Shown: positions 1-9,244 of the stretch, piece after piece
Layout of the letters: the number at the start of each line of letters is the position of its first letter
Numbering within the stretch: the stretch's first letter is position 1
DNA from: an uncultured Chloroflexia bacterium
GTDB lineage: Bacteria > Chloroflexota > Anaerolineae > JAAYZQ01
DNA length: 64,000 bases
Direction of reading: 5' to 3'
Assembly (NCBI GenBank): GCA_963700285.1
Contig: CAVOXA010000009.1
Location: 224,001-288,000, forward strand
Position numbers and translations under genes: made by a program
Notes under the pieces: model-generated
What the model was told of the DNA's origin: nothing
What the model saw: only the letters and a program-made list of their open reading frames with translations
Databases searched by the model: none

Positions 1-178
1 CCTCCAGCATCCCGGCCAATTGCTCCACGTCGATGTCAGCATAGCCGTCCTCGTTCTTGGGGAATTCTCCGCTGGCTGCATTGCCCTCGGCTTCGGGGGC
101 TGCCGGACCACAAGCGGTCACCAGTAAGGCCAGAACGGCCAGGAACCCAACCAGCGGCCATAGATTCTTCTGTTTCAT
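1..178 (-). CDS. Lipoprotein, probably rhodanese-like domain (5' part; runs off window start)
   Basis: Not in ORF track. Read manually: AGGAG RBS then MKQKNLWPLVGFLAVLALLVTAC (lipobox) GPAAPEAEG...GYADIDVEQLAGMLE, which resembles the start of a rhodanese domain. Confidence 0.65.
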   Translation of the reverse strand, partial: MKQKNLWPLVGFLAVLALLVTACGPAAPEAEGNAASGEFPKNEDGYADIDVEQLAGMLE

Positions 179-323
179 CGTGATACTCCTCTGTTTGGTA
201 TATGAACTGACAACGTCTCGAACTGCAATTCCACGCCATTGCCGGTGGGGTCGCGGACCAGAAGGTCGCTCTCAAACTCGCCATCACGCGGGTACTCGAC
301 CCGAAAGCCGGACGCCAGCCTCC

Positions 324-782
324 TCAAACTGGATCAGGGCGTCTTGAAAACTCTCCATTGGCAACGTCTATGGAAAATCTCAGGCCACCGCGGACCAGCG
401 CGGCGACCAGTACGGCATGCGCATCAGACCCTGCTGGGGCGGACGCCTCCTGGGCGTCCGCAGACGAGGGCTCCTGGCTGCGTGCCGGTGCAAGTACCGG
501 TTTGACTACTGTCCGATCCCCCCGCTCGTACAACGTGATGAGCCCCAATGGTCGCCGCAGAGCACCGGCTGCATAGAGCATTAGAACACTATAGCCTGGT
601 TTCGCGCCGGTGGCTCCGCTGTGATCGGGTAAGGTCAGCGTGCCCCTGTCCCTCCTATCTGCCCCAACCACTGAACGCAGGCTGAAGGTACGCTGCACCA
701 TCCATCCCTGTCGCTCCAGGGCCTCAACGATCTGCGCCTCGATCTCGTCGAACGGAAGGTCGGATGCAATCAGGTACTCCAT
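324..782 (-). CDS. Hypothetical protein (152 aa)
   Basis: ORF with GAGGTG RBS; same strand as the downstream lipoprotein gene; no family recognised. Confidence 0.6.
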   Translation of the reverse strand: MEYLIASDLPFDEIEAQIVEALERQGWMVQRTFSLRSVVGADRRDRGTLTLPDHSGATGAKPGYSVLMLYAAGALRRPLGLITLYERGDRTVVKPVLAPARSQEPSSADAQEASAPAGSDAHAVLVAALVRGGLRFSIDVANGEFSRRPDPV

Positions 783-919
783 GACTCACCTCTGTGCCTC
801 CAGTATACTCGGAGGACCCCCTTGGTGCAAGCGCACTTTGCCCCCTCTCCTCCAGGCTAAACAGCGCATATCACGGCGGCCTCACCATGGGCGAAATGGC
901 CCATAGATTCGAACGCACA

Positions 920-949
920 TTGACGCCGCGAGGAGATCTGTGGTAAGAT
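920..949 (+). promoter_or_regulatory. Sigma70-type promoter for the two-component operon
   Basis: TTGACG-N18-TAAGAT with TG extended -10, about 50 nt before the GTG start at 997. Confidence 0.5.
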
Positions 950-996
950 GAGAGACATGGGAAATCAAAGATCCAGCGAGTCTTCCGGAGGGAGCC

Positions 997-1659
997 GTGA
1001 CCGACGTCCAGCCGATCCGCGTTGTCCTGGCCGACGACCATGCTGTCGTTCGCAAAGGCATCCGCGAATTCCTCGAGGCCGAGGATGATATCCAGGTCGT
1101 AGCCGAGGCCGCCGATGGGGCCGAGGCCGTGTCCCTGGTTGCCGAGCACCGGCCCGACGTGGCCGTACTGGATATCCAAATGCCGGTAATGACCGGTATC
1201 GACGCCACGCGGCACATCAAGGCAAAACACCCGGATGTTCGGGTACTGGTTCTCACCGCCTACGATGACGACCCCTACATCTTTGCCCTCCTTCAAGCTG
1301 GGGCCAGCGGCTACATGCTCAAGACCGCGGACTCGAGAGAGCTGGTCCATGCCGTCCGGGCCGTGTACCGGGGAGAATCCGCCCTGGATCCAGCCGTGGC
1401 CCAGAAAGTGATCCAGCAGTTGACTTCTGGCCGGCCCTTGGGCGCCCAGGCCGCAGTTGAAGCGCTCACCGAGCGCGAGGTAGAAGTTTTGCGCCTAGCA
1501 GCCAGGGGCCTGACCAACAAGGCCATCGGGCAGGCGTTAGGCATCAGCGACCGGACGGTGCAGGGCCACCTGGCCAACATCTATGGCAAGCTCAACGCCG
1601 GCAGCCGGACGGAAGCGGTGACCGAGGCGCTGAAGCAGGGCTGGATCACCATCGAATGA
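997..1659 (+). CDS. NarL/LuxR-family response regulator
   Basis: REC domain (LADDH, VLDIQMP, LTAY, GYMLK) plus LuxR HTH (LTEREVEVL...GLTNKAIGQAL.IS.RTV..H..NIYGKL). Confidence 0.95.
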   Translation: MTDVQPIRVVLADDHAVVRKGIREFLEAEDDIQVVAEAADGAEAVSLVAEHRPDVAVLDIQMPVMTGIDATRHIKAKHPDVRVLVLTAYDDDPYIFALLQAGASGYMLKTADSRELVHAVRAVYRGESALDPAVAQKVIQQLTSGRPLGAQAAVEALTEREVEVLRLAARGLTNKAIGQALGISDRTVQGHLANIYGKLNAGSRTEAVTEALKQGWITIE

Positions 1660-3453
1660 GCCGCGACGGGACTGAGGGGAACGCGGGGCAGGCTGGCCGG
1701 TCGAGAAGGTTGCCCCTCAGGCTGCGCGGGCTGACCTTCCAGATCGTGCTGTGGACGGTCTTGCCCCTGACGCTGGTACTCATCGGCGTGGCCTTTACCG
1801 GCGTCTACAGCCACGAGCAGTCCATGCGCCGACTGGTGCAGGAAAGGGACCAGGCGCTGGCGGCAGTCAGCGCTTCCCAGGCCACGGACCTTCTGCAGAT
1901 CCGGACAGAGGCACTGGCCAGGCTGGCGGCAGAGCAGCCTTTCCACCACCAGGATTACGCGACTGTCGAAAGCTTGCTGGCCGAGGCCGGAGACCTGGAT
2001 GGGCTGTTTGCGGATTCCGCCGTCCTGGTGGACGAGAGCGGCGATCTGATTGCCAGCGTGTCCTCCCCGCCCCCGTGGACGCAGGACGAACCACTGCCTG
2101 CATTGGCCCGCACCGCAATGGCCCAGCAGGACATCGCCATCACGCCTCCCTTTGAGACAGCCCTGGGAGAGTCCGTGGTGCTGATGGGCCTGCCGATCCA
2201 AGACGAGGCGGGAACGACCTATGGCGTATTGGCCGCCGTGGTGGCGCTAGACGGCCTGGAGCTGGAGAGCTTGTTGAGCCAGGTACGGGTGGGGGAACGA
2301 GGCGCCGTCTACCTGGTGGATGGTTCGGGGCAGATTCTGGCCAGTACCCCGGCGGACAAGGCCCGTTCCAGCTTTGCTGGGCCACAGCGGCCTCAAAGTA
2401 GCACTCCAGGATAACAGCCCGGGCGCTACCCTGTGCCACGGACCGGATGGCGAGCGGATGACCCTGGCCTATGCGCCGGTGGACTATGGTGGTCTTGGCT
2501 GGCGGGTACTCATCGAAGAACCCTGGCAGGAGGTGGTCGGTCCGGTACTCCGCTACTCCCAGTTTGTGCCCCTGGTGGCCGTGCTGGCGGCCATCGTTTC
2601 GGTTCTGGCGCTCTACTATGGCCTGCGGTCCATCGTCCGGCCGCTGCAAGCCCTGGGCCAGCAGGCGGAACGTGTCGCCTGGGGAGATTTCGAGGCTACA
2701 GGCTCGCCCGTAGGCGGCGTAGAGGAGATCGAGGATCTGCGCCGGACCCTGGACCAGATGGCCGGCCGCATCCAGAGCTACCAGCACGGGATGCACGACT
2801 ATATCGCCGCCATGACCGAAGGCCAGGAGGAGGAACGGAAGCGGCTGGCGCGCGAACTGCACGACGACACTGCGCAGTCCCTCATCGCCTTGAACCAGCA
2901 GGTGGAGATGGCCCAGAGGCTTCTGACCAAAGATCCGGATCGTGCCGCTGAGCGGCTAGCCTCCATGCGAACCATGCTCACGGAGACAATCGAGGCCGTG
3001 CGTCGTTTCAGCCGCAACCTGCGGCCCATCTACCTGGAGGACCTGGGCTTTATCCCGGCTTTGGAGATGCTGACGCGGGAGGCAGACCAGAGGGAAGCCG
3101 TCACCCTGCATTTTGTCACGGCCGGCGCGATACGCCGCCTGATGCCCGACCTGGAATTGGCCGCCTATCGCATCGTCCAGGAAGCGCTCAACAACGTGAT
3201 CCAGCACGCCAGGGCAAGCGAAGCCTGGGTCGAGGTGCGCTTTGAGGACAGTCAACTGGTTCTAGCGGTTCGGGATGACGGCCGGGGGTTCGAGGCCCCC
3301 GACCTGCCCGATGCCCTGGCCCGCCGGGGACACTTTGGCTTGATGGGCATTCAGGAACGGGCGCTGCTCTACGGCGGCCAGTTGACAATCCGCTCCGAGC
3401 TGAATGGCGGTACAGAGCTGATCGCCAGCCTTCCCACCCGCACTCCAGGATGA
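1656..3453 (+). CDS. Membrane sensor histidine kinase (Cache/HAMP/HisKA_3/HATPase); one frameshift near 2370-2400
   Basis: ORFs 1656-2414 and 2320-3453 join: two TM segments, HAMP, ERKRLARELHD H-box, QEALNN, DDGRGF, HFGLMGIQER. Confidence 0.9.
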
Positions 3454-3525
3454 TCCCCCCGCGCGAGTAAAGATCTATCCTTCTTGTACCGTTATGCTAC
3501 ACCTTTCGTCTGCTTGCTGTCCGGC

Positions 3526-3768
3526 TTATTCACCCCCATCCTGCAATGCCTTGCGTAGAGGTGCCCCGACAAATGGCAGCCCAAAGAGCGGAGCAAAGAC
3601 ACACCGGTCAAAGATACCGGCAAGCAGAGGCACGAGGCCGATGATGGCCAGGATCCAGCCCACCGTGCCCTGGACGACCAATGGCCCGATCAGGACCAGA
3701 GCCAGGCCCACCACGATGCGCGTGATGCGTCCAGCCGGACTTGCCAAAAATCTAAACAATCCTTTCAT
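3526..3768 (-). CDS. DUF2892/YgaP-like small membrane protein
   Basis: 80 aa, GRITRIVVG, two TM helices, GLVPL..G..DRC.FAP.FG motif; AGGAGG RBS. Confidence 0.8.
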   Translation of the reverse strand: MKGLFRFLASPAGRITRIVVGLALVLIGPLVVQGTVGWILAIIGLVPLLAGIFDRCVFAPLFGLPFVGAPLRKALQDGGE

Positions 3769-3867
3769 ACTTCTAGACCTCCTGTGAGTTTCCTTCTAGA
3801 ACCTCCCCTATAAGCCCTCAGTGCGGGTTGGAGCTATGGCCTCGCACGCAGTGCACTCTCTAAGTTC

Positions 3868-3896
3868 ATTATAGTCTGAAGTCAGACCTTTGTCAA
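3868..3896 (-). promoter_or_regulatory. Consensus sigma70 promoter with palindromic operator in the spacer
   Basis: Minus strand TTGACA-N17-TATAAT; the spacer contains GTCTGA-N2-TCAGAC (3874-3887). Confidence 0.7.
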
Positions 3897-4082
3897 TTCA
3901 CCAACGACACGCACTTCCGGGCGTCACCCAAAATCGAGTAAGCGCCAAACATGCCACCTACTACTCTGCAAGGGCGACCTGACCCCGCCAGATGGCGGGG
4001 TGAGAACGCGCCGTTCGGCGCTGTTGTCTCCTGCACGGGCCTGCTATACTCTGCCTGGTATCCCATCTACATGGAGGCAACG

Positions 4083-4724
4083 ATGACCGAATCGAAAGGT
4101 ACCAAGTCAAAGGCATCCCGCAGCGCCAAGCGTGCTCGTTTCGCTGAGCCGGAGGCAAAGTCAGGCGGGGCCTCGCCGGTGGTCCTGATCGCCGGCCTGG
4201 TTGTGGTCCTGGCTATTATTGGCGGGATCGCTCTCTTGCTGGCAGGCTCGTCCCCAACGGCCGCCGAACCTGCCGCCGGCTCTCCTTCCAATACTTTGAC
4301 CAGCAATCGGACGGGCAGCCAGGGCCTGCTGGTCAGCGCCGCGACACAGGGCCACGATCCGTATCCCCTGGCCGTGGCCGAGAATGGCCAGGTACGGCTC
4401 CCGCTCTCCACCTTTGACGACTATGAAGCCCACTATTACACCTATATGCACGAAGGCAACTCCATCGAGTTCTTTGTCCTCAAGAGCCAGGACGGCACCG
4501 TTCGAGCGGCGTACAATGCCTGCGATGTGTGCTTTGCAGCCAAGAAGGGCTACACCCAAGATGGCGACGAAATGATCTGCAACAACTGCGGGCGCCGATT
4601 CCCCGCCGACCAGATCAATGTGCTACAGGGCGGCTGCAATCCCTCTCCTTTGACCCGAACTGTGGAGGGGGATACACTGATCATCCAGGAAGCGGATATT
4701 CTGGCCGGCATGGGCTACTTTTAG
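4083..4724 (+). CDS. DUF2318 membrane-anchored Fe-S/Cys-rich protein
   Basis: One TM helix, then AYNACDVC...GY.QDGD.MICNNCG.RF...GGCNP.PL; GGAGG RBS before ATG 4083. Confidence 0.85.
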   Translation: MTESKGTKSKASRSAKRARFAEPEAKSGGASPVVLIAGLVVVLAIIGGIALLLAGSSPTAAEPAAGSPSNTLTSNRTGSQGLLVSAATQGHDPYPLAVAENGQVRLPLSTFDDYEAHYYTYMHEGNSIEFFVLKSQDGTVRAAYNACDVCFAAKKGYTQDGDEMICNNCGRRFPADQINVLQGGCNPSPLTRTVEGDTLIIQEADILAGMGYF

Positions 4725-4736
4725 GGGGTGCCAACG

Positions 4737-5894
4737 ATGCGGTTGAGAGATGTAACCCTACGCAACCTGCGTCGCCGCAAGGGACGCAAACTTTTGCTCG
4801 TTGCCGGCATGTCCATCGGGGTGGCGACCGTCGTAGCCCTGATGGCCATCACGACGACGATGCAGGCTGATGTCGCCACCAAGCTGGACGAGTACGGGGC
4901 TAACATTCTGATCGTACCCAAGGCCAATGATCTCTCCTTGTCCTACGGCGGCGTTGCCGTCGCCTCAGCAGCCTACGACGTCGGCGAACTGACCGAAGCT
5001 GATCTGGACCGCATCCAGACCATCAAGAACGCGCGCAATATCAGCGTCGTCGCGCCCAAGCTTCTGGGGGCCATGCCCATCGGCGGCCAAACGGTGCTGG
5101 TGGCCGGCGTGAGATTTGACGACGAACTGCGACTCAAGCAGTGGTGGGACATGGAGGGCGCTGAGCCAAACTCCCAGGACGAGGCTCTGGCCGGACTGCG
5201 CCTGGCTCGCACCCTGGATCTGGGCGCTGGCGATGACGTCAACATAGACGGCCATACCTTTCGAGTGACAGGTATCCTGGCCGAGAACGGATCCCAGGAT
5301 GACGACATCCTCTTCATTGACTTGGGTGCTGCCCAGCAAGTCATGGACAAACCCCAGAGCGTGAGCCTGGTGGAGGTGGCCGCTCTCTGTACCGAGTGCC
5401 CGGTAGAGGATATGGTCGAGCAGATCGGCGGCGTGCTACCTCAGGCGCGCGTAACTGCCCTCAGGCAGGCCGTGACGCTTCGTATGGAGACGGTAGGGCA
5501 GTTGAGCCGCTTTGCCCTGGCCGTGTCAGCGGTCGTGGTCGCCATCGGTGGATTGGTGGTACTGACCACCATGCTGGGTGCCGTGGCCGAGCGGCGACAG
5601 GAGATCGGTCTGTTTCGGGCGCTGGGATTCCGCCGGCAGCACGTGATGAATATTGTACTCGGCGAGGCTGCCTTGGTCAGCCTGGCAGGGGGCATCGTGG
5701 GCTGGTTGGTGGGCATGGCCGCAGCCATCGTATTGTCACCACGCTTGGCCAGCCTGACTTCCGCTGTGCAGTGGAATCCTTGGCTGGCCTTGGGCGCAGT
5801 CGGCGGAGCACTGCTCGTCGGCCTTCTGGCCAGCCTGTACCCTGCCATCAGCGCCTCACGGTTGGATCCAACTACCGCGCTGCGGTCCTTGTAG
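4737..5894 (+). CDS. MacB/FtsX-type ABC transporter permease
   Basis: LRNLRRRKGR N-terminal motif, large extracellular loop with ALCTECP, ERRQEIGLFRALG, YPA..ASRLDP..ALR. Confidence 0.9.
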   Translation: MRLRDVTLRNLRRRKGRKLLLVAGMSIGVATVVALMAITTTMQADVATKLDEYGANILIVPKANDLSLSYGGVAVASAAYDVGELTEADLDRIQTIKNARNISVVAPKLLGAMPIGGQTVLVAGVRFDDELRLKQWWDMEGAEPNSQDEALAGLRLARTLDLGAGDDVNIDGHTFRVTGILAENGSQDDDILFIDLGAAQQVMDKPQSVSLVEVAALCTECPVEDMVEQIGGVLPQARVTALRQAVTLRMETVGQLSRFALAVSAVVVAIGGLVVLTTMLGAVAERRQEIGLFRALGFRRQHVMNIVLGEAALVSLAGGIVGWLVGMAAAIVLSPRLASLTSAVQWNPWLALGAVGGALLVGLLASLYPAISASRLDPTTALRSL

Positions 5895-5908
5895 GGAGGG
5901 TATGGGGC

Positions 5909-6580
5909 ATGATCGAACTTCAGAACCTGACCAAGACCTACAATGGCGGCAGCGTGCCCGTCCATGCCCTGCGGGACGTGACTTTCCACGTCGACGAAGG
6001 CCAGTTCGTGGCCGTCATGGGACCTTCGGGTTCGGGCAAGAGCACGCTGCTCACCGTCCTTGGGGCGATGAATCCACCGACACGGGGCCGGGTACAGGTC
6101 GACGGAATCGACGTCTATGGCCTCCCGCTTGAACGCCAGGCTGATTTTCGCCAGGAATATGTAGGATTTGTCTTCCAGCAGCTCCAGCTCTTGCCCTACC
6201 TCACTGCCCAGGAGAACGTGCTGCTGGCTTTGGCCATCGCCCGCTTGCCCAAGCAGGAAAAACTGGCGCGCGCCCGCGAGGCAATGGAGCGGGTGGGGCT
6301 GCAAGGCAAAGAGGACCGGCTTCCCAGCCAGCTTTCGGGCGGGGAACAGGGCCGGGTCGCGGTGGCGCGAGCCATCGTCAACCAGCCGCCGCTTCTCCTG
6401 GCCGATGAGCCGACCGGCAACCTGGACCAGGCTACCGGCACACAGGTCCTGGACCTGTTGCGGGATCTAAACAGTGCGGGCCAAACCGTGATCATGGTCA
6501 CCCACGACCTGCAGGCTGCAGAATATGCGAGTCGCAAGGTAAACATCCTCGACGGCCGGATCGTCGGCGATCACCAGTAG
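5909..6580 (+). CDS. ABC transporter ATP-binding protein (LolD/MacB type)
   Basis: GPSGSGKST Walker A, LSGGEQ signature, LLADEPTGNLD, VTHD. Confidence 0.95.
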   Translation: MIELQNLTKTYNGGSVPVHALRDVTFHVDEGQFVAVMGPSGSGKSTLLTVLGAMNPPTRGRVQVDGIDVYGLPLERQADFRQEYVGFVFQQLQLLPYLTAQENVLLALAIARLPKQEKLARAREAMERVGLQGKEDRLPSQLSGGEQGRVAVARAIVNQPPLLLADEPTGNLDQATGTQVLDLLRDLNSAGQTVIMVTHDLQAAEYASRKVNILDGRIVGDHQ

Positions 6581-6600
6581 TCCCATTCGACGCAAGAAAG

Positions 6601-6652
6601 AGCGCCAGCCATGTGGGCCATAGACCCGGGCTGGCGCTGAAGCGCCTACTAC
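6601..6652. terminator. Hairpin between convergent genes, overlapping a GTAG-type REP-like half site
   Basis: AGCGCCAGCC...GGCTGGCGCT 10-bp stem. GCGCTGAAGCGCCTACTAC (6634-6652) is the near reverse complement of GTAGTGCGCGCTTCAGCGC at 46489. Confidence 0.45.
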
Positions 6653-6677
6653 GAACCTGTGCTCACCTACCGCGCAA

Positions 6678-7493
6678 CTACTGCTCCGCCTGGTAGCGCT
6701 CCACGATTTCGCGGACTGTGGAAACCTCGATGCCCAATTGACCGGCCAGATCGCGCATCCGCAAGTGGGTATCCACTTCCTCGGGCAACCCCAATTCGGC
6801 GATCAGAACCTCCAGCGGCACCTGGCACAGGTCGACGACCTCCTGCAGGGTCATCCGGCCTTTGATCTGGGAGCCGGGGAGTGGGCTGCCGTCCTCGGGC
6901 GGCAGTACTCCCGACCCGGCACCATCGCCCAAGCCCTGCCCCTGATCGCCGCCCGCACCAGATCCCTGGGGCACATGGTCATCGCCGGCCTCAGGGGTCA
7001 CAGGCTGCTGTGCAGGTACCGCAGTGGGCACGGCTGGCGCAGCAGCGGGCTCAGCTGGAATCGGAGTCGGCTTGAGAGGAGCCCGAGACGGCGCCGACTC
7101 AGGCTCTTCCACTGCCTCAGGAGCCTGTTGAGCATCACCAGGAATCCACGTTCCACCGAGGTAGGCAGCCACAGCAATCCTGAGGGCCCACACTTCCGTG
7201 CCCGGCACCAATTTCTCCAGCTCTTTCAGCTCTGTTTCAGGAGGCACTGTCTCATCGGCGCCGATCATTGTATAGAGGACGTCCAGCGGGATGTCATAGG
7301 TTTCGGAGACGGTAGCCAGCGTCATCCAACCCTTGATGCCAGCCGGATCGGCCTGGCCGCTTTCGTCCAGCATGACTTCGCCCCGGCCGCTGGTCTGCCA
7401 GACACCGGCAGCCTTGGCGATCCATACGCTGCCCAGAAGAGTGAGTACAACCAAAACCGGCATCAGGTACTTGTTCACCTTGATGGACTTCAT
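6678..7493 (-). CDS. Exported/membrane-anchored hypothetical protein with two copies of an 'IKG(W/R)MTL' domain
   Basis: MKSIKVNKY + TM; IKGWMTL..V...YDIPL and IKGRMTL..V...CQVPL separated by a Pro/Ala/Gly linker; start overlaps the stop of the upstream 4Fe-4S gene. Confidence 0.75.
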   Translation of the reverse strand: MKSIKVNKYLMPVLVVLTLLGSVWIAKAAGVWQTSGRGEVMLDESGQADPAGIKGWMTLATVSETYDIPLDVLYTMIGADETVPPETELKELEKLVPGTEVWALRIAVAAYLGGTWIPGDAQQAPEAVEEPESAPSRAPLKPTPIPAEPAAAPAVPTAVPAQQPVTPEAGDDHVPQGSGAGGDQGQGLGDGAGSGVLPPEDGSPLPGSQIKGRMTLQEVVDLCQVPLEVLIAELGLPEEVDTHLRMRDLAGQLGIEVSTVREIVERYQAEQ

Positions 7494-8362
7494 ACTACAC
7501 GCTCCTTCTTGCTGGGCTTCAGTGCTCCCGGTAGGGCGGGCCCCAGCGTGACACTTAGGGCTCCGTGCCGGGGACAGACGTCCACACACTCCAGGCAGCC
7601 GATACAGTCGGCCGAGACTGCCAGATCGGCCTGGGCCACGTCGATCTTGACCGGGCACTTCAAATTGCACACGCCGCAGCCCAGGCACTGGCTTTCCTCG
7701 CGCCGGATGCGCAGCAGGCTCAGGTTGCCCATGATGCTGATGGCTCCACCCAGAGGGCAGAGGTAGCGGCACCAGGAGCGCTCGATCAAAACAGCACCGG
7801 CCGTGACAACAAGGGCCACGGCGTAGGCCGGCCAGTGCTCGGCCAGGTTGAACTCAAAGATCCAACCCAAGCCAAAGATCGTACGGTAGGGGTCATAGTC
7901 CGCGAACCACAGTCTGACGGTGGAGACGGTGGCATAGAGGATGAGGGCCAGGGTCAGGTAGCGACCGTAGGTCAAAACGCGATCTAGCCGGGCCGGGACC
8001 TTGATCTCGGGCAGGTGCAGCTTCTTTCGGATCCAGTTGAGCAGGTCCTGGAAGGCGCCAAAAGGGCAGATCCAGCCGCAAAAGGCACCTCCGGCCAGGA
8101 TCACACCGGCGATCAAGCCCAGCAGCAGGACCAGGTTGGACTGGTGGGTCTTTTGGACAAAGAGCCCTCCGCTGCTCAGCCAACGCCACAGCGTCTCAAA
8201 ACCGCCAAAGGGGCAGTAGGCGTCGATAGAAGCCAAATGCTCTGTCGTGATGACATTGTGGCGGATACTGCTGACAATGATAAAAAGCCCAAAGCCCACC
8301 TGGGTCATGCGGCGAAGCAGTTGGGTGCGAGGCCACTGGACCTTCCTGCTGGCAGTTGCCAT
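7490..8362 (-). CDS. NapH/MauN-like 4Fe-4S binding membrane protein
   Basis: AYCPFGG, FCGWICPFG, WCRYLCPLG, and two ferredoxin motifs CLGCGVC...CP and CIGCLEC...CP. Confidence 0.9.
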   Translation of the reverse strand: MATASRKVQWPRTQLLRRMTQVGFGLFIIVSSIRHNVITTEHLASIDAYCPFGGFETLWRWLSSGGLFVQKTHQSNLVLLLGLIAGVILAGGAFCGWICPFGAFQDLLNWIRKKLHLPEIKVPARLDRVLTYGRYLTLALILYATVSTVRLWFADYDPYRTIFGLGWIFEFNLAEHWPAYAVALVVTAGAVLIERSWCRYLCPLGGAISIMGNLSLLRIRREESQCLGCGVCNLKCPVKIDVAQADLAVSADCIGCLECVDVCPRHGALSVTLGPALPGALKPSKKERVV

Positions 8363-8405
8363 GATGGATCCCCCCTTGCCACGTGTTGTTCCCCCGAACT
8401 TGGCC

Positions 8406-8459
8406 AGTGTAATGGCAGACTGTGAAGAAGTTGTGAAAAAGAAATGCATAAACTGTGAA
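8406..8459 (-). promoter_or_regulatory. 11-bp-periodic TTCACA direct-repeat array plus -10 box (OmpR/PhoB-type site)
   Basis: TGTGAA on + strand at 8421, 8432, 8454; minus-strand -10 TACACT at 8406-8411, 9 nt from the array; same layout at 17426-17468. Confidence 0.6.
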
Positions 8460-8570
8460 GGCCCAGCAGCCCTCGCATGCCTATTTGGCAGCATGGATCT
8501 GTGATAGACCATGGGCAGGAAGGTCAATGAAGCGTGGGGCAAGCGCACGGTTCTCGTGGCCTCGAGGGAG

Positions 8571-8599
8571 TTGACACCTGCCAATTCCTATACTACACT
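8571..8599 (+). promoter_or_regulatory. Sigma70 promoter for the ECF sigma operon
   Basis: TTGACA (8571)-N17-TACACT (8594). Confidence 0.6.
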
Positions 8600-8683
8600 C
8601 TTTTGAATATAGAAACTGTGAGGATACCCGTATCCGTCTGGGCAGAATTCCGTTAGAGTGATTAGTTGATAACCATTGCTTCC

Positions 8684-9244
8684 ATGCCTGCGGACGAGAA
8701 GGCTCTGATCCAGTCAGCTCAGCAGGGCGACGCCGAGGCCTGCACTGTGCTGTACAATCGTCATTATGATGCTGTCTATCGCTACTGCTACTACCGGGTA
8801 GGCGATGTACACCTGGCTCAGGATCTCACAAGCGAGGTCTTTGTACGCATGGTGGACAAGCTGGACACATTCAGAGTACGTGGGCGGCCACTGCTGGCCT
8901 GGCTGTACACCATCGCCCGCAATCTGATCACTGACATGCAACGCCGGCAGGGAAAGGCGGCCCTCATGCCGCTGAACGAAGCATCTGAGTTCCACATGGG
9001 TGACGAGGCAGATCTCACCAGAGACGTGGAACGGAAGCTCGAGGCCGACTGTCTGGCAGCCGCTCTCCGGCATCTGACCGAGGAACAACGCCAGGTGATA
9101 CTGCTCAAGTTCATGGAAGACCTGGATAATGGCCAGGTTGCCCGCCTGCTGGGCAAGACCGAAGGGGCCGTAAAGTCGTTGCAACACCGGGCGCTAGGAG
9201 CATTGCGCCGAGCCGTCACGAAAGAACGCTGTTATGAAGCATGA
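8684..9244 (+). CDS. ECF RNA polymerase sigma-70 factor
   Basis: AQDLTSEVF, AWLYTIARN, LTEEQRQVILLKF, VARLLGKTEGAVKSLQHRA; alternative TTG start at 8666. Confidence 0.93.
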   Translation: MPADEKALIQSAQQGDAEACTVLYNRHYDAVYRYCYYRVGDVHLAQDLTSEVFVRMVDKLDTFRVRGRPLLAWLYTIARNLITDMQRRQGKAALMPLNEASEFHMGDEADLTRDVERKLEADCLAAALRHLTEEQRQVILLKFMEDLDNGQVARLLGKTEGAVKSLQHRALGALRRAVTKERCYEA

